A DNA stretch of 64,000 bases from Nitrososphaerota archaeon (lineage in GTDB: Archaea; Thermoproteota; Nitrososphaeria_A; Caldarchaeales; Caldarchaeaceae): the NCBI GenBank assembly GCA_041641305.1, contig JBEPYN010000001.1, positions 1-64,000 of the forward strand, in the 5' to 3' direction. Shown in pieces: positions 9,130-17,328 of the stretch. Each line of letters starts with the position of its first letter. The stretch's first letter is position 1. Both the position numbers and the translations under genes were made by a program. A model generated the notes under the pieces. It searched no databases and was not told the origin of the DNA. It saw only the letters and a program-made list of their open reading frames with translations.

Positions 9130-10425
9130 ATGTCGGCAAAACCACACATGAACCTTGTGGTCATAGGGCACGTTGACCACGGAAAATCGACGACGATGGG
9201 CCACTTTCTCTACAAGATGGGGGCAATAGACGAACGAACTCTGAAGACCTACGAGGAGGAGGCGAAGAAGATCGGCAAGGAAAGCTTCAAGTTCGCCTGG
9301 GTTCTTGACAGGGTTAAGGAGGAGAGGGAGCGAGGATTAACCATCGACCTCGCCTTCCAAAAGTTTGAGACCAGAAAGTATTACTTTACGCTCATTGACG
9401 CACCGGGCCATAGAGACTTCGTCAAGAACATGATTACTGGCGCAAGCCAAGCAGACGCAGCGATAATGGTTGTTTCAGCAAAGAAGGGTGAGGCGGAAGT
9501 AGGTATAGCTCCCGGCGGTCAGACGCGGGAACACGCATACCTCTCCTTCGTTCTCGGGATTCGGCAGTTGATCGTTCTGATAAACAAGATGGACGACAGC
9601 TCTGTCAACTGGTCGAAGGGAAGGTATGAAGAGGTTAAGCAGATGGCTGGTGACCTTCTCAAGACCATCGGATACAACATCGCCAAGATAAACTTCATAC
9701 CTGTTTCAGGGTGGCTGGGAGACAACCTTACTGAGAAAAGCACCAACATGCCATGGTATAACGGCCCAACACTGTTAGAGGCTCTTGACATGCTCGAGGA
9801 GCCGCCTAAGCCAATAGACAAGCCACTGAGGATACCGATTCAGGGCGTCTACTCCATCAAAGGTGTAGGTGTTGTCCCAGTGGGGAGAGTTGAGCAGGGT
9901 GTTTTGAAGCCCGGAGACATCGTGGCCATCTATCCTGGAGGGTTGAAGGCAGAGGTCAAGTCAATCGAGATGCATCACCAGTCGCTTCAGCAAGCCATAC
10001 CCGGCGACAACATCGGGTTCAACCTCAAGGGTGTTGAGAAAAACCAGCTGTCCCGCGGCATGGTCGTGACCAAGCCCGAGACACCCGTACCCGTTGCAAA
10101 GGAATTCATCGGCCAGATATACGTTATCTACCATCCGACTGCGATAGCCGTTGGATACACGCCCGTTCTCCACATACACACGGCTCAGACAGCGGTGAAA
10201 TTTGTTGAGCTGATACAGAAGATGGACCCGAGGACGGGACAGATAACCGAGAAGAACCCCTCTTTCCTCAAGACCGGCGACGTTGCTGTTGTGAGGCTGA
10301 GGCCCCTTAACCCGGTTGCTCTGGAGCCAGCCAGCATATCGCCAGAGCTGGGCCGCTTCGCCATAAGAGACAGCGGCTTGACTGTTGCAGCAGGTGTCGT
10401 TAAAGAGATAACCGAAACCGCTTAA
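9130..10425 (+). CDS. tuf: Translation elongation factor EF-1 alpha
   Basis: GHVDHGKST, ERERGLTID, DAPGHRDFVKNMITGASQAD, NKMD. Confidence 0.98.
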   Translation: MSAKPHMNLVVIGHVDHGKSTTMGHFLYKMGAIDERTLKTYEEEAKKIGKESFKFAWVLDRVKEERERGLTIDLAFQKFETRKYYFTLIDAPGHRDFVKNMITGASQADAAIMVVSAKKGEAEVGIAPGGQTREHAYLSFVLGIRQLIVLINKMDDSSVNWSKGRYEEVKQMAGDLLKTIGYNIAKINFIPVSGWLGDNLTEKSTNMPWYNGPTLLEALDMLEEPPKPIDKPLRIPIQGVYSIKGVGVVPVGRVEQGVLKPGDIVAIYPGGLKAEVKSIEMHHQSLQQAIPGDNIGFNLKGVEKNQLSRGMVVTKPETPVPVAKEFIGQIYVIYHPTAIAVGYTPVLHIHTAQTAVKFVELIQKMDPRTGQITEKNPSFLKTGDVAVVRLRPLNPVALEPASISPELGRFAIRDSGLTVAAGVVKEITETA

Positions 10426-10439
10426 ACAACTTTTTTCCT

Positions 10440-10757
10440 TTACTTTGTTGTCATCTGCATCTCAATAGCGACATCGTCGGGTATCTGTATACGCATTATC
10501 TGCCGCATAACTCTCTGGTCAGTTATTCCGAGGTCAATGAGCCTGCGGTGAATACGCATCTGATGTTTTCGCCATGTTTTCGTGCCTTCGCCGCATGGGG
10601 ATTTACGTGTAGGTATGACGAGCTTTTTGACTGGAAGAGGTATGGGCCCAGATATCTTGGTTCCCGTTTTCTCGGCTATTTCCTTGATCTCCCTGCATAC
10701 CTCCTCGAGCTTGGTGAGGTTCGTGCTGGTAACCTTGATTCTCACTATCTGCGTCAT
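10440..10757 (-). CDS. rps10: Ribosomal protein uS10
   Basis: SGPIPLP, RKSPCGEGTKTW, MRIHRRLID. Confidence 0.97.
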   Translation of the reverse strand: MTQIVRIKVTSTNLTKLEEVCREIKEIAEKTGTKISGPIPLPVKKLVIPTRKSPCGEGTKTWRKHQMRIHRRLIDLGITDQRVMRQIMRIQIPDDVAIEMQMTTK

Positions 10758-10805
10758 CTCGGTCTAACCTTGTATGCGGCTTGAACCAAGGTAAAAACCT
10801 TAACT

Positions 10806-11648
10806 TCAAAGAGCCCTACGTGTGACGTCGCTGTGCCTAAACCGGAGCCACGCGACGAGGAAAAACACGGCAGAGTATATGAGAAGACTTGAGACTGCGG
10901 TCCAAAGATTCTCTGCCCCGAATCCAATGAATGGTGCCCCCGGTGTGTTTATGCTCAGTCCGACGGAGTCGGTTAAGATGGTCGGTGTCAACCCGGTAGC
11001 AGCCCATGACGGCAACAATTTCACAACCTCGCGGAGCGTCAGGTCTCCGGAAATTAGGGCGACAAAGTTAGCATAGGTCTCGACCAAGACCGATGCGAAG
11101 AAGACCGCTCCAGCTACGATGGTTGACATCATGCTTCTCCTGAGAAGCTCTCCAAGGGCCAGTCCTAAGGCATAGAAGGGGGCTGCCGAGGCTATGGATG
11201 CGGCGAGAGCTATGGGAAATGTCTCGACCCGGGCCTGTGGGCCGAAAACGTACCAAGACACCGCGAGCGAGAGTATGGAATATGTGAAGATGATGAGGGA
11301 AAGTAGGACGAGGCCGCCGACGGTTTTGCCGAGGAAGTAGCTGCTTCTCTTCAGGGGCCGCGTCATCCAGTAATCGGCTGTTCCCAATTCATACTCTTCC
11401 GCTGACGTAGAAGAGCCTATGGTGAGAGCGAGGACATGGAGAAGGCCTGCCGAAGGAGCTATTATCCCCAGAGTCCAAGCGGCTCCTGAAAAAGCTTGAA
11501 TAAACTGAGGAGGAAGCCTCGTCAACACAAGATACACGCCCAATTCAAGCAGAAAAGTTGTGGCCAAGAGAATTAGAACCCGTCTCCGGGCGAGACTCTT
11601 CCGCAGCTCATACTCGATGAGGATGAGATGGATCTTAGCCGCCGACAG
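10806..11648 (-). CDS. ABC-2 type exporter permease (probable CTG start at 11648)
   Basis: EEYELGT..WMTRPLKR..YFLGK motif; 6 TM; frame open upstream of the track start to CTG 11648, adding YELRKSLARRR. Confidence 0.85.
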   Translation of the reverse strand: MSAAKIHLILIEYELRKSLARRRVLILLATTFLLELGVYLVLTRLPPQFIQAFSGAAWTLGIIAPSAGLLHVLALTIGSSTSAEEYELGTADYWMTRPLKRSSYFLGKTVGGLVLLSLIIFTYSILSLAVSWYVFGPQARVETFPIALAASIASAAPFYALGLALGELLRRSMMSTIVAGAVFFASVLVETYANFVALISGDLTLREVVKLLPSWAATGLTPTILTDSVGLSINTPGAPFIGFGAENLWTAVSSLLIYSAVFFLVAWLRFRHSDVTRRAL

Positions 11649-12579
11649 ATTCCCTCACCTTGTTTATGAAAACTTCTTCAAGTGAAGTTTGTGATAGCTT
11701 GAGCTCCCTCAACCCGTATCCAAGTTTCACTATTGTTTCGGCGATTTTTTCACGTGGGTCAAGTATTGGGTCGATACGTATGATAACCGTGTTTGCTTCG
11801 CTGCTGACTTCGAGCACGCCGGTGATTTCTCCAAGGGCCTTGGCGAGTTTGCCATCAGGCGTGGAGCCAAGCTCCGCGACGACTTGGGCCTGTCGGCTGT
11901 TGCTCAGTATGTTGGTGACCATGTCTTCGAATACTGTTTTTCCCTTGTAGATCATGGCAACGCGGTCTGATAGTCTCTGAACCTCGTAGAGCTCATGGGA
12001 TGAGAAGATGATGGTTTTGCCTTGTTTCCTGAGCTCGAGGAAAACATCTCGTATATGGGTTCTTCCTACAGGGTCTACGCCGAGCATCGGCTCGTCGAGG
12101 ACAAGTAGAGGGGGGTCGCCCACGAGGGCTTGCCCGATGGATAGACGCTGCACCATGCCTTTCGAGAAGTTCCCGATTTTTCTGTCGGCGTGGTTAACCA
12201 AGCCCGTCAGGTCCAGAATCCGTCTTACCTCGTTGTCCGCATCTCTGCCGAAAATTTGTTTCATGCCGCATGTTACGCGGAGAAGTTTCTCAGCTGTGAA
12301 GAAAGGTGGATAGGTTGGAATTTCTGGAGAGTATCCTATCTTCTGGTTGACTTTCTCCGGATGGTTGTAGGGGTCTAACCCATAAACCGAAACCTTTCCC
12401 CCAGTTGGTTTAAGCAGACCAAGTATGGCGCGGAGGGTGGTTGTTTTGCCTGAGCCGTTCGGCCCCACAAGCCCAAACGCCGCGCCCTCATACACAGTCA
12501 AGTCGATAGGGCCTATCTTAGCCCGGTCCCCGTAAACTTTGGTAAAAGAGTTGACAACGACGACTGGGTGCTTAGACAT
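11635..12579 (-). CDS. ABC-2 type exporter ATP-binding protein
   Basis: GPNGSGKTT, FSKGMVQR, LDEP, SSH. Confidence 0.92.
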   Translation of the reverse strand: MSKHPVVVVNSFTKVYGDRAKIGPIDLTVYEGAAFGLVGPNGSGKTTTLRAILGLLKPTGGKVSVYGLDPYNHPEKVNQKIGYSPEIPTYPPFFTAEKLLRVTCGMKQIFGRDADNEVRRILDLTGLVNHADRKIGNFSKGMVQRLSIGQALVGDPPLLVLDEPMLGVDPVGRTHIRDVFLELRKQGKTIIFSSHELYEVQRLSDRVAMIYKGKTVFEDMVTNILSNSRQAQVVAELGSTPDGKLAKALGEITGVLEVSSEANTVIIRIDPILDPREKIAETIVKLGYGLRELKLSQTSLEEVFINKVRESVGG

Positions 12580-13408
12580 AGTGGGCTTTTTTCTCCCCAG
12601 GCTCGGTAGCTGTTCCCTTTCTCCGCATGCTTAGGAATGAGACCGCAGCTATCGTAGCCAACCCAGCGGCCAGCACAACCCAAATTCTGTCAAAGTAACC
12701 CGAGGATGATGTTGAAGGCTCCTTGGCAACATCCACTCTATCACTCATTTCGAAGAATTGTCCTGCGCTGGGTGGAAGACCTGATAGGAAGGAGGCCTGA
12801 ATAGCTGTCAATTCTGTTGGTGAGATGACTCTCGTTGTGTTGAATGCCGAGAGGTCTATGTTGCTTGTCTCAAGAGTGAGTTTAAGAGATGTTCTCTTCC
12901 CTCCTGGGCCTGTATGGATGAGGTCGAGGCTGTAAAGAACTTTTGAAGGTGTTATCGTTTCGATGACTCCTTCAAGCTTGGAATCATCCCCATCTCTCCC
13001 AACAGATGCTGTGACTCGATAAACCTCAGTAACATACTCAAACCCTGAAACGGTTCGACGCTCCTTACCAACCTTCTCTACAGAAAGTTCGAGGCTGAGG
13101 TTTCCTCTCCGATAACTGTAAACACCCTCGTAGGCCGCCAAATCCACAGAAGGAGGTGAGAAATAACTGCTTGGAAGGTTCTTCTCCAGAGTCGCCACAC
13201 CGTCGTTGAATGTTGCCTCGCTTCTTATACGCAGTCTTCCATCGGACAAAACATCTACAACAGAGACTGAGAATCCTCCGGAAACAGCTTCTCCACCATC
13301 CGAGGTGAAAACATAACTGTATGAGAAGTAATCGCCCTGCTCAAACCCTTCCACCGTCGAGAGAAACATGATAGCGACCAGGGCTATCGTGAAAAGGACT
13401 TTCATCAT
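12572..13408 (-). CDS. Hypothetical exported protein with C-terminal membrane anchor
   Basis: Signal peptide, beta-rich body, S/T linker, TM plus basic tail; overlaps the ABC ATPase start. Confidence 0.7.
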   Translation of the reverse strand: MMKVLFTIALVAIMFLSTVEGFEQGDYFSYSYVFTSDGGEAVSGGFSVSVVDVLSDGRLRIRSEATFNDGVATLEKNLPSSYFSPPSVDLAAYEGVYSYRRGNLSLELSVEKVGKERRTVSGFEYVTEVYRVTASVGRDGDDSKLEGVIETITPSKVLYSLDLIHTGPGGKRTSLKLTLETSNIDLSAFNTTRVISPTELTAIQASFLSGLPPSAGQFFEMSDRVDVAKEPSTSSSGYFDRIWVVLAAGLATIAAVSFLSMRRKGTATEPGEKKAHYV

Positions 13409-13464
13409 TTACCCCTCTTGGGAGAACAATTTAAAGGTAGCCAGATTACATCATTTGGACAGCT

Positions 13465-14871
13465 ATGGCGAATGATTTGTCCGCGTTACGGGAGGAGTCG
13501 CGGCGTCTCGCGGTGGAGCTTGTTAAGATTTTGGCTGCACGAAGAGAAGTGGTGAACAAAATCGCCGACCTTAAGAAAGCATCGGGACAGCCATTAGTCG
13601 TGCCCAACGTTGAGGCCGAGGTTAGAAAAGCCATGCTCGAAGAAGCTGCTAAACACGGTTTATCAGTGGAGACGATCAACCGGATAGCGACGATCGTATT
13701 CTCGGACGCTGTTGAGCAGCAGCAGGCAAAGCCGAAGCCGGCTCTCACGCATTTTGACATTTTGAGAAGAGCGGTCGAGCTTCAGAAGAATGGACGCGAG
13801 GTCCAGAGGCTTGAAGTCGGTGAACCAGATTTAGGCGCTCCGCCAGAGGTTAGAAACTCTACGGCAAACGCGGTCTTAGAGGGGTATGCGAGATACATAG
13901 ATTCACGTGGTCTCGCGGAGCTCCGTGCCGCTATTGTGAAGACCGTGTATGAGAGGTATGGCCTCGAGATTTCGCCGGAAAACGTTATCGTCACTCCAGG
14001 TGGGAGATTCTCCATCTACCTCGCTGCCAAAACTTTGCTGCGGGAAGGTGATGAGCTTCTCGTCATCGACCCGTCGTGGCCGATGTATAGACAGGTAGCA
14101 CCATTTGTTGGAGCGAGGTCCATACATGTTAAGACAAGGTTGGAAGACGGCTGGACACCGTCACTGAACGAGATCGAGAAACACATAAGCCCGTCAACCA
14201 AAGCAATCATCCTCAACTACCCCAACAACCCTACTGGAAAAATTCTCGACCGCATAACCTTCAACAAACTCGTAGAATTCGCCACAGAACACGGCATCAC
14301 CATCATAAGCGACGAGGTCTACGCAGACTATGTCCGAAACGGTCATGTCAGCATACTCGATAACGAGCTCGGTAAACAACATGTCCTGATACAATCCTTT
14401 TCAAAGAGCTACGGAATGACCGGCTACAGAATAGGATATGTGATAGCCGACAAAAACCTGATAGCTAAGATGGCGTCTATAATCGGGCTCATCATAACAT
14501 GCGTCCCCGAGTTTATTCAGATGGGGGCTTTGACAGCTCTTGCACTCAAAGATACTCCGAAACAGTATGCGGCGGTCATGATGAGGAGGATGGAGCTGGC
14601 GGTTAGAGAGCTTGAGAAAATAGGTGCAGAGTTTTACAGACCTGATGGAGGGATGTATGTCTTTCCACGGATAGGGAAACTTGGTGACGACGCGATGGCT
14701 ACGGCTTTTGAACTGCTTGAGTCAAAAGGTGTCGCTGTGGCCCCCGGATCAATCTTTGGAGGATACGACGAATTTGTTAGAATATCGCTGGGAGCATCTG
14801 ATGAGTCCATAGCTAAGGGCATCAGGCTTCTAGGCGAGTTTATCACCGAGAAAGGTTCGAAACGTGGTTAA
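13465..14871 (+). CDS. Chorismate mutase (AroQ)-class I/II aminotransferase fusion
   Basis: N-terminal ~90-aa AroQ-like helices; GEPD, NYPNNPTG, SDEVY, SFSKSYGMTGYRIG (PLP Lys). Confidence 0.88.
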   Translation: MANDLSALREESRRLAVELVKILAARREVVNKIADLKKASGQPLVVPNVEAEVRKAMLEEAAKHGLSVETINRIATIVFSDAVEQQQAKPKPALTHFDILRRAVELQKNGREVQRLEVGEPDLGAPPEVRNSTANAVLEGYARYIDSRGLAELRAAIVKTVYERYGLEISPENVIVTPGGRFSIYLAAKTLLREGDELLVIDPSWPMYRQVAPFVGARSIHVKTRLEDGWTPSLNEIEKHISPSTKAIILNYPNNPTGKILDRITFNKLVEFATEHGITIISDEVYADYVRNGHVSILDNELGKQHVLIQSFSKSYGMTGYRIGYVIADKNLIAKMASIIGLIITCVPEFIQMGALTALALKDTPKQYAAVMMRRMELAVRELEKIGAEFYRPDGGMYVFPRIGKLGDDAMATAFELLESKGVAVAPGSIFGGYDEFVRISLGASDESIAKGIRLLGEFITEKGSKRG

Positions 14872-15697
14872 GAAAAAGGCGCTTGTTCTTGGAGCAGGCC
14901 CCATGGGCCTCTGGATGGCCCGGCATCTCGCAAAGAGAGGTTATCATGTCACCGTATATGACAAGGACAGAAAAAAGCTGCGAAACCTGGAAGGCGGAAG
15001 AATTTCGGCAGCAAAAAACCTCACAGAAGCACTCAACAACAGCGCCTTAATCGTTCTAGCCATCGGTTCGTCAAACACGGTAGACCTTCTTCCACGACTC
15101 ATCTCAAAAACAGATGGGAAGACATTCCTCGATATTTCATCGGTCAAAACACCCATCGCCAAAGCTCTGGCAAGAAGCAAGATAAAGAATAATGTGGTCG
15201 CCCTTGTTCACCCACTATTTGGACCCGGCGCCAAGAAACTGAACGACAAATACGTTGTGTTAACCCCTTTTCGCAGACCGGCGGCAGAGTATCGTGTTTG
15301 TAGGGAGATTTTCCATCCTTGCACAATTCTCCGAATGAGTGTCACGAGGCATGACTGGGTGATGGCGTCTGCGATGGCTTTGCCAAGGCTTCTGATGCTG
15401 ACCCTCCTCAACGGATGGAGAATGGAAAAGGTTAAGCCACTCACCGTCAGCCAAAGAGCCCTATTAGTTGCCGCTGCCCCAATACTTAGCGAAAGCCCCA
15501 CACTTTTCAGAGAAATAATAGAAAAAAATCCCTATACTAGACAAACTCTTTCAAAAACAATCAAAACACTAAACCGCATGAGAAAAAACCCATCAACGGC
15601 ATCGTCAATCTTCAAGCGGTTTCGGAGAAGAATAGGCTTCGAAAGCTACTTCAAAATCTACAAACTTCTCGAGGATGCCGCGTCTAATTCAAGGTAG
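14864..15697 (+). CDS. tyrA: Prephenate dehydrogenase
   Basis: GAGPMG Rossmann, DISSVK, HPLFGP, HD..MA, NPY. Confidence 0.85.
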   Translation: MVKKKALVLGAGPMGLWMARHLAKRGYHVTVYDKDRKKLRNLEGGRISAAKNLTEALNNSALIVLAIGSSNTVDLLPRLISKTDGKTFLDISSVKTPIAKALARSKIKNNVVALVHPLFGPGAKKLNDKYVVLTPFRRPAAEYRVCREIFHPCTILRMSVTRHDWVMASAMALPRLLMLTLLNGWRMEKVKPLTVSQRALLVAAAPILSESPTLFREIIEKNPYTRQTLSKTIKTLNRMRKNPSTASSIFKRFRRRIGFESYFKIYKLLEDAASNSR

Positions 15698-15729
15698 ACG
15701 TTAATAACATGCCACACAATGTCCAAGAC

Positions 15730-16251
15730 ATGGCGACCCATGATTGTCTGAAGATGATTTATTCGAAAAGAGAGACCCGGATGTTTCTCGACAGACCCGT
15801 TGAAACCGAGGTAATAAACAGAATACTTGAGGCGGGGCGTCTTGCGGGAAGCGCCAAAAACAGGCAGCCTTGGCAATTCATACTGATAAGAGACAAGGAA
15901 AACCTCGAGAAGCTCTCGTCCTATGGACAGTTTGCCCAGCACCTGCCCAGCGCAGCATTCGCCATAGTTATAACAATACCTGACGCATATTTTCAGGACA
16001 GGTTCGACGCGGGCAGAGCTGCACAAAACATGATGCTCGCCGCATACATTCTCGGCCTCGGCTCATGTCCAATAACCCTCCACAACGAAGAAGGGGCCAA
16101 AACCCATCTCAACATACCGGAAGACCAACGCATAGCCATTTGCATAGCCTTCGGATACCCCAAGCCATCCAAACCACTAGGCAAAGTAATCAGAAAATCC
16201 ATCCAAGAAATACTACACATCGAAAAATACGGCAACCAGCCAAAAAGCTAA
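15730..16251 (+). CDS. Nitroreductase family protein
   Basis: RETRMF, AGSAKNRQPWQF, AAQNMMLAA..LGLGSC. Confidence 0.9.
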   Translation: MATHDCLKMIYSKRETRMFLDRPVETEVINRILEAGRLAGSAKNRQPWQFILIRDKENLEKLSSYGQFAQHLPSAAFAIVITIPDAYFQDRFDAGRAAQNMMLAAYILGLGSCPITLHNEEGAKTHLNIPEDQRIAICIAFGYPKPSKPLGKVIRKSIQEILHIEKYGNQPKS

Positions 16252-16292
16252 GGTTTTTAGACAACATACCAAACATACATCTGACCAAGGAA

Positions 16293-16375
16293 GCCGGGGT
16301 CCCCAAGCCAGGTATGGGGCTGGTCTGCTAAACCAGTGGCCTTTGGCCGCGCGGGTTCAAATCCCGCCCCCGGCG
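16293..16375 (+). tRNA. tRNA-Ser (GCT), long variable arm, no intron, CCA not encoded
   Basis: Acceptor GCCGGGG/CCCCGGC; anticodon stem CTGGT/ACCAG around CT-GCT-AA; T arm GCGGG-TTCAAAT-CCCGC. Confidence 0.96.
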
Positions 16376-16379
16376 GCTG

Positions 16380-16423
16380 AGAGGCACCGCAGAGACGCCT
16401 CGGAGACGTCTCCGAGACACCTT
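16380..16423. repeat. Four imperfect 11-bp tandem units containing an 18-bp perfect palindrome
   Basis: AGAGGCACCGC/AGAGACGCCTC/GGAGACGTCTC/CGAGACACCTT; CTCGGAGACGTCTCCGAG at 16399-16416. Confidence 0.6.
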
Positions 16424-16466
16424 TTTAGTAAAGCAGCTGAACGGAAAAGGTGCCCGGTTGACGTCT

Positions 16467-17324
16467 TCAGGTTTTGCGACTTTTGACGAGGATTAGTGAG
16501 AGGATTACCAGTAGAGTTAGCAAAACGGATTGGGCTATCAGCATTATTAATGTGTATGTCTGCTCGGGTGTGGTAGGTTGTTGTGGACCTGGTGTTTGGG
16601 TAGTGTTGTCGGCTCTTTGTGGCGGGAGTTTCACTATGCATGCGGAGAAGACCTTTATGTAGTTTCCAGAGGTGTCGACGTTTTCGGGGCTTAGTTTCTT
16701 CGAGCTGATGACTAGGTAAAAGTTCTCGCCCGTAACTTTTGGATAGCCGTAGGTGAGGACATTTACGTCGTTCACAAAGAATCTTATGATGGTTTCGTCA
16801 TCTACCTCTGAATAAACCGCCTTGAGGGTGTAGGTCTTCTCTATTCCGAGAGGTATGTCATCAAGCGGGAATTCTCTGAAAAACTCAGGTATCCTCGGCG
16901 ACTGGATGTAACCATTTATCGTGGACGATTTTTGCCGTATCACGAATCCAAACTCATCTCCTGTGAAGACTTTCGTGTCGTCGGTGACGAATACGGCGAA
17001 CTCATCCCTATCACTTGGCGAACGATTCTCCATGTATATGCTTATCCGCGTCGAGAGGGCGAATGTTCTGCTAGCCTCGATGGATGTGATGGCTAACGCG
17101 TCTTGGTAAACGTTTGTGGCGCGGCTTCCCGTGAACAGGTAGTGGTCGCCGTTGTAGACCGGTTGTGGGCCCATGGTGTTGTACCATTTGAAGTTTCTGT
17201 CGTAGGCTGTTGCTAGGTCTAGACATAATTCTCTGGGCTGGTCTTCTCTATGGGCTACGGCGGTGGAGGAGATGAGTAGGAGGGCGAGTAACATGGGTAG
17301 CAGTTGAACCTGTTTTAGCTTCAT
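16467..17324 (-). CDS. Hypothetical exported beta-sandwich (lectin/ConA-like?) protein with C-terminal TM anchor
   Basis: Signal peptide, beta-rich domain, P/T/Q linker, hydrophobic C-terminus ending KSRKT; fold is a guess. Confidence 0.65.
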   Translation of the reverse strand: MKLKQVQLLPMLLALLLISSTAVAHREDQPRELCLDLATAYDRNFKWYNTMGPQPVYNGDHYLFTGSRATNVYQDALAITSIEASRTFALSTRISIYMENRSPSDRDEFAVFVTDDTKVFTGDEFGFVIRQKSSTINGYIQSPRIPEFFREFPLDDIPLGIEKTYTLKAVYSEVDDETIIRFFVNDVNVLTYGYPKVTGENFYLVISSKKLSPENVDTSGNYIKVFSACIVKLPPQRADNTTQTPGPQQPTTPEQTYTLIMLIAQSVLLTLLVILSLILVKSRKT

Positions 17325-17328
17325 GTTC

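Noticed and set aside
16380-16423. CRISPR array
   Set aside because: The units are 11 bp with no spacers, and no cas genes are in the window.
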